Below, one piece after another: positions 24,313 to 38,256 of a DNA stretch of 38,258 nucleotides (positions are counted from its first letter, which is position 1; each line of letters opens with the position of its first letter). The translations under genes and the position numbers were made by a program. The stretch is from Reclinomonas americana ATCC 50394 (lineage: Eukaryota): NCBI GenBank assembly GCA_048213135.1, contig PS015269.1, positions 44,490 through 82,747 on the forward strand, given 5' to 3'. The notes under the pieces are model-generated. The model saw nothing but the letters and a program-made list of their open reading frames with translations. It was not told where the DNA came from and did no database searches.

Positions 24313-27300
24313 CTAAAAGTAATTCAACCGATGCGTGAACGAACTCCTCAGCGCCACGCTCGACGCATCGTACGAACACGTCGCATGCAACTCCGCCAAC
24401 TGCTTCCACCTCGACTCCGACAGATGCAGCGGCACACCGCGCTTCAGATCCTTGTCCTCCTGCCCGTACTGATCCACATACGGCGAGGCCAGCAGAGCGG
24501 CACGATTACGACGCACCACGTAGATGCGTGTGGAGGAGAGGATGAGGAAGATGCCGGTCCCCTCACCGCATGTGCGAGCGTGCTCGGCGCCACGACCTAA
24601 CCGGCCGTGGTGAGCGTCCTGGCAGCAGGGTGGTCCGAGACTGCGCAGAGGAGAAGGGAGAAGAAGTGAGAAGCGACGGATTCCTCGTCGATTCTTATCG
24701 ACCTCGCCCATCCTTCTTGTCAGCCTCTGCCCCTCACTTCCCCGCAGCGCACACGCAACGGCACAAATGCCCCACAGAGCAAGCACAACGACGGAGCCGG
24801 CCACTTCTTGTGGCACTTGTCGCACTGCGGCGACGACGGCAACATGAACGTTTGGTACAAGTCGGAGAACGATGCCGGCAGTTTGGTGAGCGCGAACGGG
24901 TGCGGGAATTCGAGTGCGTCGGGAATCACAGCTGCACGACGGATGAGCGTGCACGACAAATGACACAGATGGTGCCGTGCGCATTTCTTCACCTCGTTCC
25001 GCATCCAGCAACACCAGCAAGCTGTTCGCTGCCTGCGCATTGGGCACCGGCGTGACGCGCAGCAGTGTCGCCGCGTCAAAGACTTGCCACTCGGCCAGAC
25101 TCATCACGTACTCGTCCTGCGTGCGACACAGTGAGCGGAGATTCTACTCAACACATACTCTCACCCAACTCACCAACTGCATTGCAGAGGACCCAAGTAC
25201 TGGCGCATACAACACCGATCGCAGCAGCACGCCAAACCGCACAAACGGTCGCACCAACGCCGTCACATACGACACGCCTGCAACGCATTTATTTAGTGCA
25301 GTGACGGTATGCCATCCGCGACCACCGCTGGGGAGCAACAGAGAGGGTTGGGGGATCAACGGTTTGGAAAGATACAGGAGCTCAGGGCCAAGGATCAAGG
25401 GTGCGTGGATACACGAAGGAGAGAGCGCGATATTCGCTCTTGAGTGCGTGTACCATGGTGCAACGCTCTCGCACACACACACACACACACACACTCTCTC
25501 TCTCTCTCAACTCTGTGCACAGTTTGAAGGCGGCTCGCGCAATCTCCACCTGGGGTCAGTCGCTCCACTGACACCGAGCACGCACTCACCACGAGAAACT
25601 GCGTCCGTATATCTCTCTCTCTCACACACACACACATACACACAAAAATACACTCACCTCCATATGCCCCTCCCTTCTCTCACCCACTCACTCACTCACC
25701 CGCTCACCGACTAACTCACCCGCTTGTGATTACTCACCCACTTTCTCGCTCACTCAATCACTCACTGCACTCACGCAGCCACTCGCTGCAGTCTCGCCCA
25801 CTCCCTACTCACTACTCTCTGCCACACTTTCTCACTCACTCTCACACAGTAATGATCGAATACCGCGTCATCGCCTTTGTTATACACGGTGCTCTAACTG
25901 GCACAACACTGAGCCACCGGGAGTATGTCGAATCTGGAGAGAGACTTCCACGCAGCCACCGCTACTCGCTGTCGCTCCCCTCTCCTGCCCCTTCCCTCTC
26001 CTGCCCCTTCCCTCTCCTGCCCCTTCCCTCTCCTGCCCCTTCCCTCCCCTAGTCCTTCCCTCTCCTGCCCCTTCCCTCGCCTTCCCCTTCACGCAACAAC
26101 GAGCACCATCCGCCTCGGGCACCAAATCAACTGCGGCGGGGTACTCGCGGGCACTTGCCAACTGCATCACGCGCTGCACAATCTCGGCCTTGCCACCTGG
26201 TGACCAGCGCATGAGATTCGCGATAAAGTATAATAACCACATAGGACGCCCGCTCACCAGCGCCCGCCCGGTGAATGTAGCTGGCAAATGCCGCAATAAT
26301 TGCCCGCGCACACAAGCTCAAGAACAGCGTGTCGAATTCGGCGACCGTGTCCACGGGCATGGTGCACAGGGCGCTCAGCAGCACCCTGGAACCATCCACG
26401 CAGGCGCTGGACTCGACCATTCGCTGCATTCCATGCATCTGTTCAGCACCACGCGGCAGCCACCACAAGAAAAAACACACTTGGCGGCAGACCTCCCACG
26501 GCGCGGTGAGCAGCGCAAACACTTGCAGCGCAGTCAGCGGACGGACTCGGGCATCCAGCGGCTTCTCGCCATCATCCTCGTCTTCTCTGCCGCTGCTTGG
26601 CGCTCCTGCGGCTGGAGTGGTGGTCTCACTAGTCGTGACCGGAGCCATGGACACGTCACCACTTGCGCCGTCGGGTGACACTTGTTCATGCCGCTGCGGC
26701 TGCTGTTGCGCCATGCGTGCACGAAGCGCAAGAATGGCAAACGCCACGTAATTTCGCGTAAATGAGCCAGACGGATGTGATTGATGCTGTCGATCCGTCT
26801 GCCTCACCACACGAGTGTGAGAATCAGCAGGCGGAAAGAAAAGGCGACGTCGGCGACGCTACCTCCATTCGCGAGTGCGCAACCAGCGGAGCCAATTCGC
26901 CCACGTCGAGTCCCATCAGTCCGTCCTCCTCGCGTGGCACGAAGCGTGTGGCCGCGTCGGCAGACCGCGTCGACAGTTCCATCACTGCAGGGGGCAAGGC
27001 TCGGTGAGAAACATGGGAATGCTCATGCGCACAGCTACCCTCTGTGGTCTCGCTGTCGCGTCCCCTCTCAAAACAATATGCTCTTCGATTACTTGAATCT
27101 CACCTTTCTTTCTCTGATTCACTGCCTTCCCCGACACTCCCATCCTCTGCCTTTCCCTCATCCAGTCCACTCTCACCGTTCTCCATGCACGATATCCCAT
27201 TCGTCATAACTCACACATCAGTCCCCTTGTCTTATCCCCCCTCTTCTCAATCCCATCCCTTTCCCTTTTCCCTTTCCCACCAATCCCTCCTCACCACTCA

Positions 27301-30300
27301 GCACATCAAACAACGTCTGAAACGCCACCGCTGTCTGCATCGCCGGCGCCACCATCACCGGGAACTTGCTGCCATTCCACACGCTGTCGACGCGCGCCAG
27401 ATAGTCCTCGTGCAGGTGCAGGACATCGGCATCCGACGCTATCAAGAGAACAACTCACAAGTGAGCCAGGCAGGCGGGTCGGCATACATGAACAACTCAT
27501 GCGCACGCACGATCTGTCGACACCAGCGGCCGCTCCATCAGCGACGCCACCAGCTCACGACTCGATGCCACCACTTCTCGGAAACCTTCGCTCGCCACGG
27601 TACATGCGGCAGCATCTGGAGAATCCATGGGTCGCGCGAACAGCGCACCGTGCAGATCGTCCGTCTTTAAGACACGAAAACGATAACGTAAGACACGCTA
27701 ACAGGGACATGGGATGTAGGCAGAAGAAAGCAGCAAGAAGGATCACCTCTCCGCGTCGTACTGCCAGCAGCGGCACCACGCAGTTGCACAGGCGGCCACA
27801 CAACGGACACAGAACCTCGCCATCGTTCAACTGCAACAGCTCGGCGCCCTTGAACCAGGCGCCAGTGGCTGCCTGCCGCAATAGAGTCTCGTGGTAGCCT
27901 TGCACGCAGTGCGGGTGAGCGAGATGACCGCAGCCCATCACATGCATATTGCCGGCCGACGAGAGGAGCTGGCGAGCCGACTGTGAAGCGACGAATCGTG
28001 AGACCCAACGATTTCATATCAAGCAACGTCACGCCTCGCCAATCGACTCACTCGATTGCGCCTCCCAGCTGCAGCGGCACCCGCTGGCGCCTGTGCGAGT
28101 TGTTCATCCTGCCCATCCCTCTCCTCATCTGCCGCGGCCTCGGCCGCCAGTATCCGCAGTAATCTCTGCAAGCCGTGCGTCTGCAACATCTGCTGCAGAG
28201 TGTCGGGCGGTAATCTGCGCAGCGCTTCGAGCCCTCGGCGCAAGCGATCTGGCGTCATCTCCGCCGCCGCCGCCGCCTCGTCTTCGTCCTCCTCGTCCTC
28301 CTCCTCCTCTTCACCATCATCGTCGTCGTCCTCGTCAAAGGCCTCCGCACTTGGCGCCAACAGCCGCATGTAGTCATCCTCATCCTCGTCGTCATCGTCT
28401 GTGTCGCCATCGCCCTCCTCCATCGCTTGCACCGCAGTGCCACTGGGGCCCTCATTCTCCTCGCTGGCGGCGCCGCCAGATGCAGAGCCAGATGCAGCGC
28501 TCATGGATCCAATCAGGTCATGCATCAGCTCGTCGTCGAGATGGAACGAGGCTGCGGCGGCCGCGGAGCCGCGTCGCGCACTTGATTCTCCTGGAAGCGA
28601 AGTGGTGGGGTGAGGCACAGTGAGGAGAGCGGGGACAAGGAAGGTGGAGGAAGAAGAAGAAACAAACAACGAGGAGAGCAGAAAAGGACGGAGGTAAAGC
28701 AACCTAGAGTGGAAGCAGTTGACGAGGGAAAGTGGAAAAGAAATCGCTACTCAACACAGCAACAAGTAAGGGAAGAACACGCAGTAGAACAAAAGAACAA
28801 TAGAAGTAGCATATAAGAAGAAAAAAGCAAAAGAGCAAAAGAAATACAACAAGAACAACAACAACAACACCAACAACATGTGTCTATTTTCGTTGCTTCG
28901 CACGATGCTAATCCTCCTCAAATTCTCCTCCCTCTCTTCTCACGTTCTCCATTCCCTAACATTGTCATGTCTCTCCGCCCACTCAGCAACGATGCTGGAA
29001 GCAGAAAAAGAGAAGGAGGAGGCGGAGAAGGAGAGTGAAACTACAACAACAATAACAACAACTTGTGTCTGATATTATTGCTTCGCGAGTTGCAAACCCT
29101 CAAGCATCTGTAGTCGTGTTTTATCTCTTCTCCCCTTCTCATTCCACATTCCCTAACATTGTCATCTCTCTCCGCCCACTCAGCAACGATGCTGGAAGCA
29201 GAAAAAATGAAGGAGGAGGCGGAGAACGAGGGAGAAACAACAACAACAACTACAACAACAACAACAACAAGTGTCTGATATTATTGTTTCGCACGCTGCT
29301 AACCCTCAAGCTCCTGTAGTCGTGTTTTATCTCTTCTCGCCTTCTCATTACACATTCCCTAACATTCCGCCCACTCAGCAACGAAGTTGGAAGCAGAAAG
29401 AGAGAAGGAGGAGGCGGAGAAGGAGAGAGAAACTATAACGACAACAACAACAACAACAATTTGGAGAACAGGAAGCAGATGGAGGTGAAGCAGCACACAA
29501 AGATGAAACAGCAAACAGGGATAACGAAGTAAAAGAAAATGAAGACGAAGAAGAATTCAACAACAGCAACAGACGACGGACGAGAAGAAGAAACGGAGAA
29601 GGAAACAACGACAACAACAGCAAGGAGAGGGAGAAAGCCTCTCTATCCCCCTCCTTCCTCTCCTTTTCTATCCCTTTCCCCTGTACTCTCTACCCTCCTC
29701 CATCCCTCCCTTTTCTGTTCTCCCTGCTACGCACCGGTCGAATGCGACGAGGACTTCTCGTCGGCAGTCGGCACGTGAGCCTCCACCTCGGGAACCAGCG
29801 GCCGCTCGTATCTCGCACACTGCTCGTGACTGGTCTTCAGGACCCCCGAGCGTGTCACATTGGCCAGGTAGCCTGCCAGCCCAGCGACAACAACAACAGT
29901 GAGGGTGAAGATTCTCAGAAATGCCAACCTGTACAAGGAAACCAACCGAGCATATCATGCGATCCAGGCGCCTCGCGAGAGTGACAAAACACGCAAACTT
30001 GATTCTCGTCCTGCGAAAAGGAGGGCGGCGCATGAGGGCACACCGACGTGTGGTTGTCATCACTCCATACCAAACTCACCTCCTCCACCACGTCGCCCAC
30101 CTCCGATCGCAGTCGCGATTCGAACAACTCCTGCTTCCGACGCATGTCCCGCAGGATGCGCTGCTGTCCACGCTGCCATTGTCGCTTGGCTCGCTCCCTC
30201 GCCTCGGCGTCCTGCGTGGGCTGCGAAAATAACAAAATCTGAGAGGCAAGAGAGAGAGAGAGAGAATAATAAGTGCTCTGCAAAAAACACGCACCGATGT

Positions 30301-33300
30301 CTCGTCGACCGAAGACTGCACTGCTGGACCGCCAAAGCGCGCGCGGGCTCCGTGCACAGCCGACTGGCAGTCGGCATTGCCGCCCGACAATGTCACCAGG
30401 ATGTGTGCAATGCCAGCCGACGTGGCGTCATTGACGCTGAGTCGGCCGAGGTGTTGATGCAAGCTCGCCAGCGATGAGAGGGTGCCGGACGAGCCTGCAG
30501 CTGCGGAAGCAGCGGGTGGAAGCTGCATCGAGCGATAAGCATCTCATCAAGCGAAACAGCACACTGACGGAGAAGCACACCGAGGCAAGGGTCTTGGCAT
30601 TCTGAATCAAGTACAGCAGGTCGATCAGTGACAGCGAGACGGCCTTGCCCCGCGGCTACAGTTGCACGACAGTGAGCAGAAGAGATGACGAATCCAGCCC
30701 AGCGAGCAGGCAAGGGCGCACCTTGGCGCGTTCCGAGTCCGTCGCCCACACCGCGTTGACCTTGAGCGGGCAGCACGAGTTGGTAAAGACATTGCCGCGA
30801 GTGATCATTGGCAAGTCCGTGAATGCGGTGGTCACCTGGGAGAGGAAGATGAGCATGAAGAAAGGGAGCAAGTGATTTCAAGGAGAGAGAACACAAACAA
30901 CGATATAAACCACCCTGCCTCATTTGACTCACATCTTTGCCGCTGTTCTTCTTGCCAACAACAAATTCGTCCAGCGACGGGTCGTCGGCAAACAAGTGTC
31001 GCGTCGCGACTGCCAGGTGCAGCAATCGCAGAACCACCGCCAGTGTGCTTTCCGTGTAGGCAGGATGGCCTGTACCAACGCAGGCAAGCATGAGAGACTC
31101 CATGTCATTCCGCAACACAAGTGCTTTTCATCGAACCTGCCACAAAGTTGTAACACACAGCGTATACCAGGCGGTGGAATGCGCGCTCGTGCAGCAAGCG
31201 CAAAAGCGGTCGCAACACCGGCAACGGGTCCTGTGCGCAAATCAATGTTAGTGAACTCACGAAAACGTTATCCATGCACATGAGGCACCTCCATGTCCGT
31301 GGGGGACAGTTTGGCAAACAGGAACTGCTTGCGTCGGTGCCAGTACTCGCCCTCCGCTGTCAGCAAATCCGGCTCGGCCAGCAACTCGTGGTATGGATTC
31401 ACCTGCGCCACTTGTCAATCCCTCCGTCGTCTGCCCCAATTTCGCGCAAGACGAGCACGCACCTCATCCCACCCGGCCTCCAGCAACTCGAACGCGCCCT
31501 CGCCCATGGCATCCCGCGGGCTGACAAAGTGCGCGACTTGCCGCAACACCGTGTCCAACTGCGGATGCTTGCGCAGCGGTTTGCACATGGCCGCCAGCAG
31601 CTCCGAATGGGACTTGCGCCCGACGGCCAGCAACGTCACGAGTGATGAACGCAGCGGCGCCAGAAGTGAGTCGTGTCGCAGTGTTTGCCCTTCGCTCTCG
31701 GTGACGTCGCCGTCGGACATGGCTGGGGTGATGGACAAGAGAGGGGAGGAGAGAAGAAGGAGGGAAGAGAAAGAGGGAAGAGAAAGAGGGAAGAGAAGGA
31801 GGGAAGAGAAGGAGGGAAGAGAAGGAGGGATGAGAAGGAGGGATGAGAATGATGGGAGATGAGGGAAGGGAAGGAGAGAGAGGGAGGGCAGAGGAGGGCA
31901 GAGAAGGAGGGCAGAGAAGGAGGGCAGAGAAGCAGGGAAGGCGAGGTGAAAAGAGAATGGTGGGCAATGAGGGGAAGAGATGAAACAGGAGAACGAGGCA
32001 AGTGAAGAGGGAGGGGAAGAGAAAGAGACAGGGAAGGAGAATGAAAGTTAGACGGCAATGAACGGAAGGAAGAAATGGAAGAAAAGCGAGAGGAGAGAGA
32101 AAGAGCGCGCGTGGAAGAGAGAGCGAGAGACAAAGAACGGAGAAAGACACGAGGAGGTGGATGTGAGCGTGCATCCACAATACGAACAGCTTGATGGGAA
32201 CTCGAAACGCACCATCGCGGTATCGACGAATCAGATACTCCATCGGACCGAGACCAACACGACTGGTGATCATGGTGGCCAGCAGTCGCAGCATGCCGAG
32301 CAGCAGCACACCATCACGGGAGGTGTTCTCGTTGCGTGCAGGTGCCACTCCACGCATGTGCAACACGGACTCCACACCGAAACGATCGACAAGCGCTTGC
32401 ACAATGTCTGCCGCCTGGTCAGCGCCGCACACCGCCAGCTGCATGGCCAGCATGTCACTCGAGGAGTACAGATCGCTAAAGTTGCCGTGGTGCCAGTTGT
32501 GGATTTGGTCGGCGATGTTGGCGGGATTCTGAAAAAGGGAAAGTGAGAAAGGCGAAGATGGTGAGGGAGAAGGCGAAGATGGTGAGGGACAAGGTGAAGA
32601 GGGTGAGGGGGAAGGTGAAGAGGATGAGGGAGAAGGTGAAGAGGGTGAGGGAGAAGGTGAAGAGGATTAGAGTGCTGGTCCTCGGATATCTACCTTGTCC
32701 TCTGCTCATCTCTACCTCGTCTGAATGTCATCGAGAAAGAAGACGAAGAGAGTGAGGGAGAAGGTGAAGAGAATGAGGGCGCCTGCGGCTTGGTAGTCCA
32801 AGTCTACCTTGTCCTCTGCTCATCTTTACCTTGTCTGGATGTCATCAAGAAAGAAGGCGAAGAGAGTGAGGGAGAAGGTGAAGAAGGCGAGGGCTGCTGG
32901 TCCTCTGCTCATCTCTACCTTGTCTGAATGTCATCGAGAAAGAAGGTGAGGAGGATGAGGGTGTCGCTTGAAAATCCAGTCTACCTTCCCCTCCGTCAAA
33001 TCTCTCTTCTCTAACATGTATTCTCTTGTCTTCCTTATCTCTCAAATCCGATAATGAACAGAAGGGAAAGGGTGCGGGGAAAGACGGGATAGAAAGAGAG
33101 AGAGAAACAGGGAGAATGAAGAATGGCAGTTGACAGACCATCATTTTTCATCACTTGCTCTTTCGCCCACTCTCCCATAGCCCAGACCCTTCAATCACGA
33201 TTACCTACTCTAGTTTCCTCGCTTCCGTTCTCCTTCCCTTTTCCCTCTCATACTCTTTCTCCTCGCTTCCCTTCTCCTTCCCCTCGATCCCCTTCCCCTC

Positions 33301-36300
33301 CCCTTCTCACTCCCTCCCCCACTCAACTCTCATCCACATGCGCGCACGAATCTGCGCCGCCGTGACATGCAAGTGCATGGGCTGCTCAAACATGGCGGCA
33401 AAGAACTGCCTCGGCGACTCGGGCAGGTCAAGCGAGTCGGCATGGGCTGCAATCATATCAGTAGTGTGAGACAAGCTTCATCACCTCTGCCGCCCCGCCC
33501 AACTCGCACACACGCACCGGAACCATTCGAGGCTGTCAGTGCCACCCATCGCGCATACACGTCGGTCAGCGCCGACTCGGTCGGATGCGTGTACAAGTAG
33601 GCGGCGAGCATGTGCGCCATGGTGCGGTGCAGTGTGAGGTGAATGGACACGGGGCCGGCAGTGGCCGCGTAAAACTCCGCCTGGTTGAGGGTGAGGATAA
33701 AATGAATCAGCACCTGGAAAGGCTGCCGGTACATGGGTGTGCAGTCATGACCAACCATCACTTTGGCCACAGAAGTCCCATTCTGCACAGCGGCCATGCG
33801 CGGCATCGTCGAGAACATGCTCTCCCACAAAGCCAGAGCTGTCTCGCCTGCTCGCGCCTCGATTTGGTCGGCGAGCAGGGGAGCGGCCTGCGACAATGCA
33901 TCGACGTGTCAGCGTATCAACAAGTGAATCCATCGTAAACCATGACAAACGAAACACAAGTGGGCTGGTAGATGCTGGAAAATGCCAGCAGCAGCTCGCA
34001 TTCGCGATGCAGCGAGTACGTCCACTCGTCGAACTCGCCCAAAGCCGAGTTGCGTGAATTCGTCACCGGATTGGCAAAGTGGTACTGCGACATGACGCCG
34101 AGGGCGAGACGCCACGCTGCGAAGGCAACAGGAGAGACGGGGGAGGGAGGTGAGGGAAGGGGGAGGGAGGTGAGGGAAGGGGGAGGGAGGTGAGGGAAGG
34201 GGGAGAACAACAAGTCAGGATGCACATCTACTCAAGAAAATAACAATTCATTCGACAGCGAACAAGCAACTGCTGTCTTCACGACCAAGTCAAACCGTAC
34301 CCAATATATCAACACAACCACCAGTCTTGCTATCACTTGCGCACTTTGCTGTAACTCCAACCCTCACACGCATACATACACTGTCACGCTGCCACTCGTG
34401 CACTGTACTCTCTGTCTCTCACTCGCTCACACACTTGCTCACGAATACACTCAGTCGGTCACGCGATCATTCGCGGCCTTCGCTGCATTTGTCTCCCTTA
34501 CACGCACACTCGCTCATGCATACACTCACTCACTCACGCTGTCACTCGTGCTTATTGATCTCCCACACAACACTTGCTTATATACTTACTCAATCACTCT
34601 GTCACTCTCACAATTGCTCACGTATAAACTCATTCACTTTGTCTCGCTCATACACACGCACACACACGTCAGTCACGCTGTATCTCGGCACTTTCTACTT
34701 GCTCACATATCACTCACACTACCACTCGTGCGCTTTGCTCCCCTTCTCTCTCACTCTCCCGCACGCACCTTCCGAGGACGTCAACATGTGGCGACCCACA
34801 TCGCGCACACGCAACGAGTAGCGCAGGTCGAAGATCAAGCGCAGCAGCAGGAACCGCTGGAATCGAGGATGGCCAGGTTGTACCACACGACGGGACACAA
34901 TACGCGGATGGCGGAGACCGGCATCTCGAGCGACGGAGCACGGCATGAGCAGCATGTCAATCAGACCTGAGATGATGTGAGTGACGGTGGTCATTTTTAG
35001 GCGTCTCTTCCAGCGAATGCCCTCAGTCTCACCGCACAGCGTCTCCATGAACTCCATGTCGCGAGTCAGCGTGCACACCAGGGACGGCACAGTGAGCAGC
35101 TGCACGGAGAACGACAGAATCGAGTGGTCGGATTTGATGCGGTGTCGTCGGCCGCCGAGGCTCCACGTAATGTAGTTGAGCGAGAGACCAAAGTCGTGGC
35201 CAAAGCTGGGCGAGTGAAAGAGGAGGTAAGCAAAGATAAATAACAGAACTGGAGAAACCAGTTGTCGGCCGCGCACCTGAACTTGAACGCCTGGTCGGTG
35301 ATGAGTGCAAAGTACAAGTCATGCAAGACCGTGCGCATGCCGTTCGGCATGTCCACGTCCGAGTGCACCCACAAGCGCAGCAACGACAGCGAGGGAGTGG
35401 AACCGTCGCCCGCGAAACTGCGTGAATAAAGTCACGCATGAGAAACGATGCTCTCTACCTCACTGCCCCAAAGGTCACGCAACGAGGGAATGATGCCGCG
35501 CGAGAGCGCCGTGGCAATGGCGCGCTTGAAAAAGGCGCCGAAATTGCAGAGATACAGCAGCCAGTTGGTGAGCAGCGCAAACTGGCGCACCACCGGCGAC
35601 TCGTCTCCCAGTCGCGCCGGTGCCTCCAGCGCCTGCCTCGCGTCCGGCTCGACCATGGTCGCCTGGCGAGCCCACATTCGCAGCAGCAGGTCGGAGTAGC
35701 GGATCCACGGGGCGGCAAACTGGCGGCTATCGTCGCCGTTTTCGCCGCGGCTGTCGTCTTCGCCGGCTTCGCTGTCGCTATCGCCGCCGTCGTCGCCGGG
35801 GGCGGGAGGGTTGTAGCCGCGGCGGGTGGCAATGTCTTTGACCAGGGTGGGGTGGAGGGGGTCTAGGTGGGGAAGTAAAGGGGAAGGGGTAAGAGGGGGA
35901 AGGAGGGGATGAAGGGAAAGAGTGTGGGAGGAGGAGGGGGGCAGGGAGGGTGGTGACATCCAACGAAGTGAACGAGGGATACAGAAGAATAGATTTGTAT
36001 GTGAGGTATCAGGAGTTTCTTGTTCACCCACCGCGGTTCTCGCCGACACGCACTGGCATCGACGCCAGCTCACTGGCCATGGCATTCGTCGCTAGGTGCT
36101 CTCGGGCCTCTGAGCCGCGCGGCGTCGCGCCGTCGAGGATCACAACCGATTGTTCCACTGTGGTGGAGCGAGTGTGAGCGGCAGAGGGAGTCGTGAACGT
36201 GGCCGGCGACGTGACGCAACGCATAAACATCACCACGCCGTCCAGCACGGCACCAAAGGCGTCAATGTAGTGCTGCTCGATGCCTTCCAGTGGGTCGGCG

Positions 36301-37972
36301 TCGCGGTTGGAGTGCAGGGGGCAGGTGCCTGGGGATACAGGTGAGGAGAAGCTATGTGCAGTGACTGGGGAGGAGATATGAAACCCACAAGATTGAGTCA
36401 TTGTCACGCATGAATGTGCACAAGTGAAGTGGGCAATTGTGTGTGCAAGTGTGGGAGAGGAGAGGCATGAAACCCACAAGCTCTTGTCACAGTCAACCAT
36501 GAATGCAGAAGGAGTGGGCATTTGAGAAAGCAAGTGCGTGTGCGCGAGAGAAAGAGAGGGAGAGGTGAGAGATAAACCCACAAGCTTGTGTCACTGTCAC
36601 GCTTGAATGTACATAAATGAAGTGCGCTATTGCGTGTGCAAGAGTGTGTGCGAGAGAGAAGGAGAAGGAGAGGAGAGAGAGATAAACCCACAAGTTTGTG
36701 TCACCGTCACGGAGTAGGCATTTTGCGTGCGTGCGAGAGTATGAGAGAAAGGCGAAGGAGACAGAGACATGAAATCCACAAGCCTCAGCAAGCGACGCTG
36801 TACCTTTGATGTCCCACGCATCGGGATCACCACAGTCGCAGCACTGCAACACACGTGTGAGACAAGGAACATAACAAAGCGCATTAGCTGCACCCCCCAT
36901 AAACGCAACACCGCCGCCGGTGCGAATCATTTGCACACGATGTCCGGTGTGATCGGCGGCGCGGAAGCAGTCGACGCACTGCGCGCATGTCGGATCTTTC
37001 TCGCAGTCGAGGCACTTGTAGGCGATCTCGTTGGAGCCCCAGACGCGACCGCAGGCAGATGACGCGCTGTGACGAGAAGGGCGAACCAAATGAGTGCGAA
37101 GCAGGAAGGGCGAGAGTGGGCAGGAGACGAAGGAGACAAAGAGGAGGAAAGCTGGCCTCCAATGCGTGCGGAGGCTGCGACAAAGGCGAGAGAAGGCCAT
37201 GACCAAATCGTGCAGAGGTGGCGACAAACGATAAAGAAAGCGACGACTAGAACGTGCAAAGGCGACGATCTCGGCAAGCAACGCGAAGACTACAGCGTAA
37301 CAGAAGCATGCAGAAGCGACAAGCAACGCGCGTGCAAAGGCGACGGCAGTGCATGCAGAGACGGCGACAACGGCGACAGAAAGCGACTACAGAGCACGCA
37401 AAGCTGACCACCAAGGCGACCATGAGAGACGACAGAAGCATGCAGAAGCGACAAGCGACGCACAGCGTGTACAGGTGACCTGCAAGGCGCGCACAGACGA
37501 AGACTTACTACAGCACGCAAAGACTGGTGAGCAAGGCGATGACTGAAGCGCACAACAATGACGACTAAGATGTGCAGAAACGACGACTGCAGCATGCAAA
37601 AGACTGCGACTCAAGCGCGCAAAGACGACAAACCAAGCGTGCAAAGACTGCGACTCAGGTTTGCAAAGGCGACAAGGAAAGCGTGCAAGGCGATGACTGA
37701 AACGTGAGGAGGCGACGAGGAAAGCGCGCAAAGGCGACAACTAATGAGTGACTGAGCGCCAAAGAATGATCTGTCAGCAGAGGCGGACAGACAACACTGC
37801 AGAGAGAGAAAGAGAGAGAGAGAGAGCACGCAAGCGACAGTGCAAGTGAGAGGCAAGCGCTCTTGTCAAGCATGAGTGAGAATGTGTGAGCAGTGATCAC
37901 ATGCATCTTGTCCACAAGAATGAGCCAGATCCTGTGTGCTCACACACGCACATACACACTCCTTCTCTCTCG

Positions 37973-38006
<34 letters not shown>

Positions 38007-38256
38007 CAGTGTGTGTGCGTCAGTGTGTGTGAGCACTGCTCAACGTTTTCAACGTGGGAAACACTTGCGCCGGTCTTCCCGCGGCCATCACCACTTGACA
38101 CACACCAAGTGCCTTCTCCAGTGCCGACTGCTGTTGCGGTTGCTGTTGTTGTTGTCGAGAGGAGACGACTGCATTGCGTAATACATCGCGAATGTGGCGA
38201 GTGACCACTGCGCGATCGCTGGTGGAGGCCGCGGCGTGCAGAGCAAGCGCGTCCAT
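24313..38256 (-). CDS. UBR1: N-end rule E3 ubiquitin ligase (N-recognin), UBR1/PRT6 family, ~30 exons
   Basis: UBR box CGRVWGSNEIAYKCLDCEKDPTCAQCVDCF..DHTGH...TGGG|CCDCGDPDAW..G|TCPLH (37066-36310); family motifs SVQLLTVPSL, VSIHLTLHR, EQPMHLHVTAAQIRARMWMR|N, KSHSEL; split RING CVFC..CGHLAHPHC..CPLCGRLCN; C-terminal LCLLCG..CC..EHARTCGEGTGIFL..SPYVDQYGQEDKDLKRGVPLHL. ATG 38256, stop TAG 24313. Confidence 0.95.
28850..29460. repeat. Three imperfect ~200-bp tandem copies with (CAA)n inside a UBR intron
   Basis: ccctaacatt..ccgcccactcagcaacga..tggaagcagaaa recurs at ~28975, 29173 and 29367. Confidence 0.85.
32543..32960. repeat. Intronic 21-bp minisatellite and short duplications
   Basis: gtgagggagaagg(c/t)gaaga units at 32543-32665; tctaccttgtcctctgctcatct units at ~32688, 32803 and 32900. 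Confidence 0.85.
36370..36790. repeat. Five imperfect ~100-bp tandem units inside a UBR intron
   Basis: The anchor aaa(c/t)ccacaag recurs at ~36381, 36470, 36574, 36684 and 36772. Confidence 0.8.

Noticed and set aside
37240-37760. Possible transposon or extra exon in UBR intron 1
   Set aside because: Only short degenerate direct repeats (gcatgcagaagcgacaagc, gcaaaggcgac) are present, with no TIR/LTR, target-site duplication or transposase-like ORF.
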